A stretch of DNA of 25,693 nt, taken from contig NIVC01005119.1 of the NCBI GenBank assembly GCA_002269645.1, positions 1 through 25,693 of the forward strand, in the 5' to 3' direction. Of the stretch, positions 1 through 10,700 are shown piece after piece (position 1 is the first letter of the stretch; every line of letters begins with the position of its first letter). The notes under the pieces were generated by a model. The model had not been told where the DNA came from. It did no database searches and worked only from the letters and a program-made list of their open reading frames with translations. Both the position numbers and the translations under genes were made by a program. Source of the DNA: Macrostomum lignano (Eukaryota).

Positions 1-1030
1 TAATCCCCATTGAGTCTGATCTCCAGGATCTAATCCCCATTGAGTCTGATCCCCACCATTGAGTCTAATCCCCATTGAGTCTGATCCCCACCATTGAGTC
101 TGATCCCCATTGAGTCTGATCCCCACCATTGAGTCTGATCCCCACCATTGGGTCTAATCCTTTGAGCCTGATCCCCACCATTGAGTCTAATCCCATTGAG
201 TCTGATCCCCAGGATCTAATCCCCATTGAGTCTGATCCCCACCATTGAGTCTAATCCCATTGAGTCTGATCCCCACCATTGAGTCTGATCCCCATTGAGT
301 CTGATCCCCACCTCCCCACCATTTAGTCGAATCCCATTGAGTCTAATCCTCATTGAGTCTGATCCCCATTGAGTCTAATCCCCATTGAGTCTGATTCCCA
401 CCATTGAGTCTGATCCCTACCATTGAGTCTGATCCCCACCATTGAGTCTAATCCTTATGAGTCTAATCCTTATTGAGCCTGATCCCCACCATTGAGTCTA
501 ATCCCCATTGAGTCTGATCCCCATTGAGTCTGATCCCACCATTGAGTCTGATCCCCATTGAGTCTGATCCCCACCATTGAGTCTGATCCCCATTGAGTCT
601 AATCCTCATTGAGTCTGATCCCCATTGAGTCTAATCCCCATTGAGTCTGATCCCCACCATTGAGTCTGATCCCTACCATTGAGTCTGATCCCATTGAGTC
701 TGATCCCACCATTGAGTCTGATCCCCATTGAGTCTGATCCCCACCTCCCCACCATTTAGTCGAATCCCATTGAGTCTAATCCTCATTGAGTCTGATCCCC
801 ATTGAGTCTAATCCCCATTGAGTCTGATCCCTACCATTGAGTCTGATCCCCACCATTGAGTCTAATCCTTATTGAGCCTGATCCCCACCATTGAGTCTAA
901 TCCCCATTGAGTCTGATCCCATTGAGTCTGATCCCACCATTGAGTCTAATCCCTACCATTGAGTCTGATCCCCATTGAGTCTAATCCCATTGAGTCTAAT
1001 CCCCATTGAGTCTGATCCCCATTGAATCTA
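1..1030. repeat. Minisatellite, 16-21 bp unit CATTGAGTCT(G/A)ATCCC(+CAC/CCAC), roughly 50-60 copies, truncated by the window start
   Basis: Directly visible head-to-tail repeats. Confidence 0.97.
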
Positions 1031-1521
1031 ATCCCTATCCTAAGTCTGTTTCCCTAGCTCATTACAATCTGGCTTTTACTAATTGTTTAAGTCGCTTTTT
1101 GCTTCTTAGCTTTGCAATAATTTGTAGGATTAAGAAATAATTAATAACTTATTTAATTAGCATAACTTTTATTAATATCTCATCATTAGACAACTTTGCT
1201 GGCATAATAGTATTTATTGTATTTGTTATAGTTACCTGTTATTTGGTATTTTTGCCAACAGGTGTCTCTAAATCAATTATGTACTCTGACCGTTACTACT
1301 TAGTACATGCTAGTAGTATATATTTAAATGTGTCATATAGATACTCGTACATGTTTAAAGTCTGCATTACAACAGCTTTCAACTCATATTGCAGCCATTC
1401 GATATATGCTAAATGTTAATTCATTCCCATTGAGTATAACAATTTCAAATTGTTATAACGCACCGCTTTTGTCTCTGCGCTTTACCCACTCGGCATGGAA
1501 TTTTAATATGCATATTTTATC

Positions 1522-1546
1522 ATATATATATATATATATATATATA
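1522..1546. repeat. (AT)n microsatellite
   Basis: Pure AT dinucleotide run. Confidence 0.95.
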
Positions 1547-2037
1547 CCCAAAAGTCTTTCATCTTCATCGAATAAAAATACCCTATTTGCTGGATAATCT
1601 CTGTTGCTTATTTTCAAAAAACGAATTAGCATGAATTCAGGGCATTTTTTGTTAAAGTTTATTTTCATTTTTACTCGTTAACATAGCAAGTAATTCTTTG
1701 TGGGACATTAATTTTCAATTAATAAATTGTTTGTTTTATATATAGTATTCGTGTATGTGTGCATGTATTAATATTGATTTTATCTTTGCTTTTATTGATA
1801 TCTAAGAGGCCTATGCGAATCTTATTGTTATTAATTTCAATTTAAATATTGTTAGTGTTATTTCTAATATTTGCTGTTCCTTGTCTTGTTAACAAACTAA
1901 CTGCTTTTTTGCTGTCGGCTAAATGGCAATTTATCTACAAAAATAAATATAAAGATGCGTGTCTTATGCTTTAAATATTGATTGGTAACTGTCTTATTGT
2001 GTGTTATTTTGTAAATCGCTCTTTTGTCACTCTTTTG

Positions 2038-2540
2038 ATGTCACTGTGACACTGTGGGTGTCACTGTGAGTCACTCCTCTGGTGTCATAGTGAGTCACTC
2101 TTCTGGTGTCACTGTTAGTCACTCTGGTGTCATAATGAGTCACTCTTCTGGTGTCACTGTGAGTCACTCCTCTGGTGTCATAATGAGTCACTCTTCTGGT
2201 GTCACTGTGAGTCACTCCTCTGGTGTCATAATGAGTCACTCTTCTGGTGTCACTGTGAGTCACTCCTCTGGTGTCATAATGAGTCACTCTTCTGGTGTCA
2301 CTGTGAGTCACTCCTCTGGTGTCATAATAAGTCACTCTTCTGGTGTCACTGTGAGTCACTCCTCTGGTGTCATAATGAGTCACTCTTCTGGTGTCACTGT
2401 TAGTCATTCCTCTGGTGTCATAATGAGTCACTCTTCTGGTGTCACTGTGAGTCACTCCTCTGGTGTCATAATGAGTCACTCTTCTGGTGTCACTGTGAGT
2501 CACTCCTCTGGTGTCATAATGAGTCACTCTTCTGGTGTCG
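2038..2540. repeat. Minisatellite of 24-bp monomers alternating as a 48-bp dimer (GTGTCACTGTGAGTCACTCCTCTG / GTGTCATAATGAGTCACTCTTCTG), about 20 monomers
   Basis: Directly visible. Explains track ORFs 2027-2551 and 2054-2638. Confidence 0.97.
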
Positions 2541-3111
2541 CAGTAAATCACTTATTGAGTATCGCGTGCTGTGAGTCACAAGTATTGGGCACAGAATGCA
2601 AGAGTTCGAATACAAGTATTACCGGAAAATTGGAGTAGCGCTTAGCTAAGCCTAAAGCAATTATTCTTACATTATACATGTCAGTGGCACTACATCTATA
2701 GCTTAGTCAAATATATTTATTGTTCACTTACATTTGCATATTTTGCATATGTAAATCTTTTGAACTAAATGATTTCAATTGCATAATATACGTGTACAAG
2801 TTTGCCTGCAAAAACTAGTGGAAGCCTAGCTGCTATGGCAACAATTGCGAATATTTGCAAGTTTTCATGTAGCCTAGTAACGTGCGTCCCTTATCTAAAT
2901 GAATACAACTTGCTGCACATTCTACAGTGTATGTTTAACTATAAAGTTCATTCACTGCATGTGTGCATATCAGCTCTGCATTTTATTAGTTCAATTTTGC
3001 GCTCTATCTGCTGGTTTATAGCCTCAATGTGGGCGGGTTATAAACACGATATAAATATATTAGTTTTGCTTTTCAGATCGTTAAAAATAAAAAAGCTTTC
3101 TGTTTTAAAAC

Positions 3112-3472
3112 CAAGAGACAAGGGCGCCCCACCAAAAGACAGGGGCGCCCTCCAAGAGACAGGGGCACCCTCCAAGAGACAGGGGCGTCCACCAAGAGAC
3201 AGGGGCACCCTCCAAGAGACAGGGGCGCCCACCAAGAGACAGGGACACCCTCCAAGAGACAGGGACACCCTCCAAGAGACTGGGGCGCCCACCAAGAGAC
3301 AGGGGCGTCCACCAAGAGACAGGGGCACCCTCCAAGAGACAGAGGTGCCCACCAAGAGACAGGGACACCCTCCAAGAGACAGGGGCACCCTCCAAGAGAC
3401 AGGGGGCGCCCACCAAGAGACAGGGGACGCCATCCAAGAGACATGGGGCGCCAACCAAGAGACAGGGGCGCC
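3112..3472. repeat. Minisatellite, 20-bp unit CCAAGAGACAGGGGC(A/G)CCC(T/A), about 18 copies
   Basis: Directly visible. Explains the four overlapping ORFs at 2802-3500. Confidence 0.97.
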
Positions 3473-4110
3473 CGCTAACACTGAGCTACGGCTCCCTTAG
3501 AGTTATAAACATTCATGGTTGCGTTACTGTATGTCAAGAATCACTAAGCAGTTGAAAATGCGCAGAAGATTCTAGGCAGTGAATAGACCGTAAAAAGCTT
3601 AATAAAGAAAACAACTTCACCGCACAGCGCCACTAAAGTCGTAACAAGAGAAACCTGGCAAAATGCTAAACAAAATTGAGAGAGAGAGAGAGCTCGATTT
3701 CTTTCGCCGAGCTGAAAAAATAGTGCCCGGGTGTATGCATAAACATATACGGTATATGTGGCAAGAAGTGTTTCTTCTTAAAAAGAAAGAATCCACGTGT
3801 GCCGCTATTGCCAAAGGCGCGACTCGCCTCGCGTACTCATTCTGCTTCCAACTAGGCTAGGCTAGAAAATACAGTGAGAGAGAGAGAGGGTGAGAGAGAT
3901 TTAGGTACAGAGTGAAGGCGTATTGCAAACATTCTAGGCTTGAGTATATATGCACACACTGTGTATGCCAAACAGCCATTTCCCTGCTTGTAGTTTTCCT
4001 GCAGCCTGGTAAATTACTTTTGCAACACTATTAAATAATGAAGAAGCAGCATTTGATTTATCGATAGATTGATTGAATCCCAACATCAGTCAGGACGGCA
4101 ACAATAGATC

Positions 4111-4206
4111 ATGCTGAAGTCTGATACTGACAGCTATAATTATTCCACTATTGATGAGTCGATTGCCAGCACCGAGTCCACTCTGCGCTACTGCCTGTGG
4201 AAGAAG
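4111..4206 (+). CDS. Putative first coding exon (MLKSDTDSYNYSTIDESIASTESTLRYCLWKK)
   Basis: ATG at 4111 with an in-frame TAG at 4105. Strong donor AAG|GTGAGC at 4207, phase 0, compatible with exon 2. The peptide has no recognisable homology and an alternative first exon exists at 8045-8059. Confidence 0.55.
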
Positions 4207-4406
4207 GTGAGCCGCGATTGGGCTGGCTGGAGCTGGGGAGAGGGAGCGGAAGAGGGAATAGAGAGAAAGGGGAAGGGAAGAAATGAGAGAGGGGAGGGTA
4301 GAGAGAGAGGGGAGGGTAGAGAGAGAGGGGGAAGGTAGAGAGAGAGGGGAGGGTAGAGAGAGAGGGGAGGGCACAGAGAGAAAGGTGGGAGGGTAGAGAG
4401 GGGAGG

Positions 4407-4482
<76 letters not shown>

Positions 4483-4707
4483 GCGAGGGTAGAGAGAGAG
4501 ATGGGGAGGGAAGAGAGAGATGGGGAGGGAAGAGAGAGATGGGAAGGGAAGAGAGAGGAGGGTAGAGAGAGACGCGAGGGTAGAGAGAGAGGGGAGGGTA
4601 GAGAGAGAGGGGAGGGTAGAGAGAGAGGGGAGGTTAGAGAGAGAGGGGAGGGTAGAGAGAGAGGGGGGAGGGCACAGAGAGAAAGGTGGGAGGGTAGAGA
4701 GGGGAGG

Positions 4708-4755
<48 letters not shown>

Positions 4756-7700
4756 GCGAGGGTAGAGAGAAAGAGAGGGGAGGGAAGAGAGAGGAGGCTA
4801 GAGAGAGACGCGAGGGTAGAGAGAGAGAGAAAGAGAGGGGAGGGAAGAGAGAGGGGACAGAGAGAGAGGCGAGGGTAGAGAAAAAAGAGGGGAGGGTAGA
4901 GAGAGGGGGAGAGAGGCTGTCATCATTCAGTGGTCCAGCGCGGCGATCTGATGTACCAGCGGCCCAGGCTCGATTCCAAGTGCAGTCTCATTAATTTGGT
5001 GCTCAATTGGAATCTCGGCTTGGCTCTGCTCGTGCAATTAACGACCTTGAAGGCCAACCTCCAATTAGGAACAGTGAAGTTTACATGCCTGACGATAAAT
5101 AAAGTTAGGGTCGCTGTACACTCCTGTGTGAGTGAGTGCCTGCTCAGGGGAGTCGGCAGAATGGGCAGTAATGCCTCTCGCCGGTTGTGTGACAATGTCG
5201 CTTAAAGTGCGCCAGGGTGCTCAGAGCCCCCCCCCCCCTGTCTATAGAGGGAGAGAGTAGCAAAGCTAGAGAAAAAATTCAGAAACGATCGAGGTTGAGC
5301 AAAGAGCCAACAAGTTGCTCAAGGTGAAATTTATGGTTCAATAAGTCACATTCAGAGAATTTTACTGTCAGATGATCAACCAAAAATTAACGTGACCGTT
5401 TCTTTTTCGTTTAAAAAGTGCTACAATCTTCAGTGTAGCAGTTTGAGGTTCAATCACAAAGCAAAGTCAAGCAAAGATAATTCTAACAGCTGTTTCGCTA
5501 AAAAGTCGGAGGGAGCCCTCAACCCCTTCCTGTGCACAAACATAAAACTGTCTTGTATAATAAATTTTAATGGGATGCACAGCATGATTGACTCTGATAG
5601 CGGGGAAAAGTTTTACATGTAGCTGGGATCTCTGCAGATGCATTGGCGAACTCTGATTCGTGTGGTTCACAGATACTAATTTTGCAGTACTGGTAATATT
5701 CTGTCTAACAGTCCTGACACCCTCTGTCTAACAGTCCTGACGCCCTCTGTCTAAAAGTCCTGACACCCTCTGTCTAACAGTCCTGACGCCCTCTGTTTAA
5801 CAGTCCTGACACCCTCTGTCTAACAGTCCTGACACCCCTGTCTAACAGTCCCGACACCCTCTGTCTAACAGTCCTGACACCCCCGTGTCTAACAGTCCCG
5901 ACACCCTCTGTCTAACAGCCCTGACACCCCCGTGTCTAACAGTCCCGACACCCTCTGTCTAACAGTCCTGACACCCCCGTGTCTAACAGTCCTGACACCC
6001 TCTGTCTAACAGTCCTGACGCCCTCTGTCTAAAAGTCCTGACACCCTCTGTCTAACAGTCCTGACGCCCTCTGTCTAACAGTCCTGACACCCTCTGTCTA
6101 ACAGTCCCGACACCCTCTGTCTAACAGTCCTGACACCCCTGTCTAACAGTCCCGACACCCTCTGTCTAACAGTCCTGACACCCCCGTGTCTAACAGTCCC
6201 GACACCCTCTGTCTAACAGTCCTGACACCCCCGTGTCTAACAGACCTGACACCCTCTGTCTAACAGTCCTGACACCCTCTGTCTAACAGTCCTGACGCCC
6301 TCTGTCTAACAGTCCTGACGCCCTCTGTCTAAAAGTCCTGACACCCTCTGTCTAACAGTCCTGACGCCCTCTGTCTAACAGTCCTGACACCCTCTGTCTA
6401 ACAGTCCTGACGCCCTCTGTCTAACAGTCCTGACACCCTCTGTCTAACAGTCCTGACACCCCTGTCTAACAGTCCTGACACCCTCTGTCTAACAGTCCCG
6501 ACACCCTCTGTCTAACAGTCCCGACACCCTCTGTCTAACAGTCCCGACACCCTCTGTCTAACAGTCCTGACACCCCCGTGTCTAACAGTCCCGACACCCT
6601 CTGTCTAACAGTCCTGACACCCCCGTGTCTAACAGTCCCGACACCCTCTGTCTAACAGTCCTGACACCCCCGTGTCTAACAGTCCCGACACCCTCTGTCT
6701 AACAGTCCTGACACCCCCGTGTCTAACAGTCCTGACACCCTCTGTCTAACAGTCCCGAAACCCTCTGTCTAACTGTCCTGACGCCCTCTGTCTAACAGTC
6801 CTGACGCCCTCTGTCTAACAGCCCTGACACCCTCTGTCTAACAGTCCTGACACCCCCGTGTCTAACAGTCCTGACACCCTCTGTCTAACAGTCCTGACAC
6901 CCCCGTGTCTAACAGTCCCGACACCCTCTGTCTAACAGTCCTGACACCCCCGTGTCTAACAGTCCTGACACCCTCTGTCTAACAGTCCCGACACCCTCTG
7001 TCTAACAGTCCTGACGCCCTCTGTCTAAAAGTCCTGACACCCTCTGTCTAACAGTCCTGACACCCTCTGTCTAACAGTCCTGACACCCTCTGTCTAACAG
7101 TCCCGACACCCTCTGTCTAACAGTCCCGACACCCTCTGTCTAACAGTCCCGACACCCTCTGTCTAACAGTCCTGACACCCCTGTCTAACAGTCCCGACAC
7201 CATCTGTCTAACAGTCCTGACACCCTCTGTCTAACAGTCCTGACACCCCCGTGTCTAACAGTCCCGACACCCTCTGTCTAACAGTCCTGACACCCCCGTG
7301 TCTAACAGTCCCGACACCCTCTGTCTAACAGTCCTGACACCCCCGTGTCTAACAGTCCTGACACCCTCTGTCTAACAGTCCCGACACCCTCTGTCTAACA
7401 GTCCTGACGCCCTCTGTCTAACAGCCCTGACACCCTCTGTCTAACAGTCCTGACACCCCCGTGTCTAACAGTCCTGACACCCTCTGTCTAACAGTCCTGA
7501 CACCCCCGTGTCTAACAGTCCCGACACCCTCTGTCTAACAGTCCTGACACCCCCGTGTCTAACAGTCCTGACACCCTCTGTCTAACAGTCCTGACACCCC
7601 CGTGTCTAACAGTCCTGACACCCTCTGTCTAACAGTCCTGACACCCTCTGTCTAACAGTTCTTTTTCAGTTGAACAAAAAGTTTCTTCGTCCAGGTCAAA

Positions 7701-10700
7701 GAGTGCCACAAGCCAGAAATAATGAATCGAGGCACAAAAGAAGAGCTAAGGGCAGATTGCGCAGAGTGAATTACCATCGCAAAAACAGTATTTACATGTA
7801 GTTCGCATAAAAAGTTCGTTTTTCAAGAAAAATAAGAAACTTAAAAGTTAGTATTTTCAGTTTGATACATGTAGTTAGGCTGTCAAACTTCTTCTATTAA
7901 CCAGTGAATGATGGCGCACAAACAATTGAGTATTGAAGCAAACTAATATACGCGTAGATCTGTGTGAGGAATGCCTGACACCCTAGCGCGTGCAACAGTT
8001 TTATACTTAGTTCTTTTCTTTCGCAAATCTTTTCATCAAATTAAATGATGCTTCCTAAGGTGAGAAGGTCTTGTACGTGAAAGTGTCCGTTTTGGATAGA
8101 AAAAGCAGATGAATTGCAAAGTTGACTGTGTTTTTCTTTTGCTCTGCGACGTATCTGAACTTATTTAGAGTTCAGTTTAATGGAAGATTTTGTGAGTTTG
8201 TTATATTGTACAAAACTGTTTAAGGTGATTTTTAACTTTTTAAAAACTTTTCTATGCATCGTTTTTTCCGCTTTCTAAACAGGGCACCCAGTTCACGTAC
8301 GACATACCCGATGGACTGATTGAGGGCGACTGCGTTGAGGTGAAAGGTCGACTCACTGGGAAGCGGTAAGAACGTACTGTTTATTAATGTGAAGTAAGAA
8401 ACGGGTAGGTATGATGTAGTCATGGACAGGTAGTCACAGACAGGTAGTTACGGACGGGTAAACACGGACAGGTAGTCACAGACAGGTAGTTACGGACGGG
8501 TAGTCACGGACATGTAGTTAGGGACAGGTAGTTACGGACAGGTAGTCACGGACATGTAGTTATGGACAGGTAGTCACGGACAGGTAGTCACGGACAGGTA
8601 GTTAGGGACAGGTAGTCACGGACATGTAGTTAGGGACAGGTAGTCACGGACAGGTAGTTACGGACGGGTAGTCACGGACAGGTAGTCACAGACACAGACA
8701 GGTAGTTACGGACAGGGTAGTTGTACTGCTTAAGGGGCCCCAATATATGAGCAGATTTATTACATTTACCTTGCGCACTTTGATGGTGTGACTATCATTC
8801 ATCGTTTGCAATTAAATACTAAGGTAAATATCAATCAGTTCACTTAGGAGGGTTTAACTTTCGTCTCAGCACCCTCGGGCCTCTTGCTTTAGTAATTACA
8901 GTAGTCATGCAGAGGTAGTCAGTACAGTTAGGGATAGGCTGTATAGAACAGGACAGGTAGCATAGGCGATACCTTTATGACTGGACAGGTAGGCAAGACA
9001 GGTAGATGTATGGCACAACAATAGGTAAGTGCATGTTTCGCTAGATTCTATAGAAAAAAAGAAATTTAGTCAGTAAGAGAAAAAGGGTCAAAGAATATTT
9101 GTCGAACACTTCAAACCGACTTCTGTAGGCAAATAGTAAATTGTATTGAGAGTCAAACTTGACTGACATGCATGGCTGAAAGAGTCTTTTCGATGCGTTT
9201 TTTATTATTTGACTTCACGATGCTTTGGTATTGCCTAAGCCTGTTTTAAATCCAACAATATTAACAAAAATAGGGTATGCCTGGAGCTCTCGGGAGCGCT
9301 GACAAAAGTACCGAGTACAGCTGCAGCTGACGGCGATGCCGAGAAGGTCGAGGAGCACCGAGTTGTACCGCTGCGACTCAGATTCAGCCGGGGCGGCAGG
9401 TACAAGCTCCACTCGGACTATTTGGGTCGGGAGGCTTCCAGGCGTGGTCGGTTCCGATACGACTTTCAGGCTGACAGTCAGTTCATTGTGCAAATTCGCA
9501 TTCTTCACTTGTACTATGATGTAAGTTGGAACTGTAGTTTCACAACGTTTGGAGTTATAATTGGGGCCTTTATTTGCAATTAGTAAGATTGTGTCAGTCC
9601 AGGGACAAGCTTGTGTCACATGCAGATCGGAGGTTGTGTCAGTCGAGAGACAAGCTTGTGTCACATGCAAATCGGAGGTTGCGTCAGTCCGGAGACAAGC
9701 TTGTGTCAAATACAGATCGGTGGTTGCGTCAGTCCATAGAAACGCTTGTGTCGAATCTCTTATGTCTAAAAACTTTACTCACTTTGATCCTCTCCCATGA
9801 ACTAAACCAGATCCGCATCAACGACATCGAGCTGATCAAACTCGAGCACGGCCAACTGCACAACGAAATTCAGATGCTGTCGCTAGACGGCGATGCCGAA
9901 TTCACCGCCGTTGACTTTATCGACTTGGAAGACCTGGCGGAAGCCACAGGAGGTGGATTAGCAATCAGCTTGCCAATGGGAGATCCTATAGACAACTCCA
10001 GTCCAGCTAGCGAGCCAGGTAAGACGTCTGTGACCTCCGTAGGGAAATCGCCAGACCTTTGACATTGCAACTTGAAGGCAGGAGTCTGACAATATGCACG
10101 GTCATATACTAGCTAATCTGTGGATAGTTCAAATAAATCAGCCTGCAGATTTTCGTGCTATTCCTGCCCATGAAGGCCAACCCATATAAACCCCCAACCC
10201 CCAACCCCCAACCCTCACCCCTAACCCTCAACCCCAACCCCAACTCCCAACCCCGACTCTCACCCCAAACTCTCACCCTATCCCCCACCCCAACCCCCAG
10301 CAATCTATAAAGTGACTACAACACGACTACTAAAATCGATTTATTCGGAAGTTTCGCTTCGTACCTGGTTTTGCACCGTTAAGCACGCATTTGATTTTTG
10401 TACTAATTAATCGCATGCAATTCAGTATAATACATGATTAGTATTCTCGCACCTAGACGTCAAAGCCCCCGGTTATTGCAGAGCTAATAGTACCGAAGAA
10501 GTTCAGAAAGCAAAATGCTCAGCAACCAGTGCTTGACACCATCGACACTGCCGGCACGATGGATTATGCCGATGGGCGAGCGGCACATCAGCAGCAGCGG
10601 ACGAAACGACGGACAGAAGAACCGACCTCCGAGATGCCAGCCGGCGTCAAGGCCAGGAAAACTAAGCTGCCGTCTAGCAGTTCAAAAGAAAACGATGCGC

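Noticed and set aside
1328-1668. Short ORFs in AT-rich DNA around the (AT)n run
   Set aside because: No splice or homology support, and they include YIYIYI from the microsatellite.
2027-2638. Long repetitive ORFs on both strands (DTRRVTHY and GVTVSHSS repeats)
   Set aside because: They are translations of the 24-bp minisatellite. A unit length divisible by 3 keeps frames open, and there is no splice or homology support.
2802-3500. Four overlapping ORFs containing RDRGTLQETGAPTK repeats
   Set aside because: Products of the 20-bp array. The flanks are AT-rich and do not look coding.
4090-4878. ER/GR-rich ORFs and an antisense LPS-rich ORF
   Set aside because: Translations of the GA-rich tract beyond the donor at 4207.
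4923-5205. GC-richer island with ORFs on both strands
   Set aside because: No recognisable domain. As a + strand exon (4931 to about 5127) it would be phase 1 in and phase 0 out, which does not fit between exons 1 and 2 (both phase 0).
5701-7658. CRISPR-like appearance of the 23-25 bp arrays
   Set aside because: Units are head-to-tail with no unique spacers, there are no cas genes and the context is eukaryotic.
9215-9709. 164-aa minus-strand ORF
   Set aside because: Antisense shadow of exon 3 plus the 45-bp repeat. The + strand frame has splice sites and galectin similarity.
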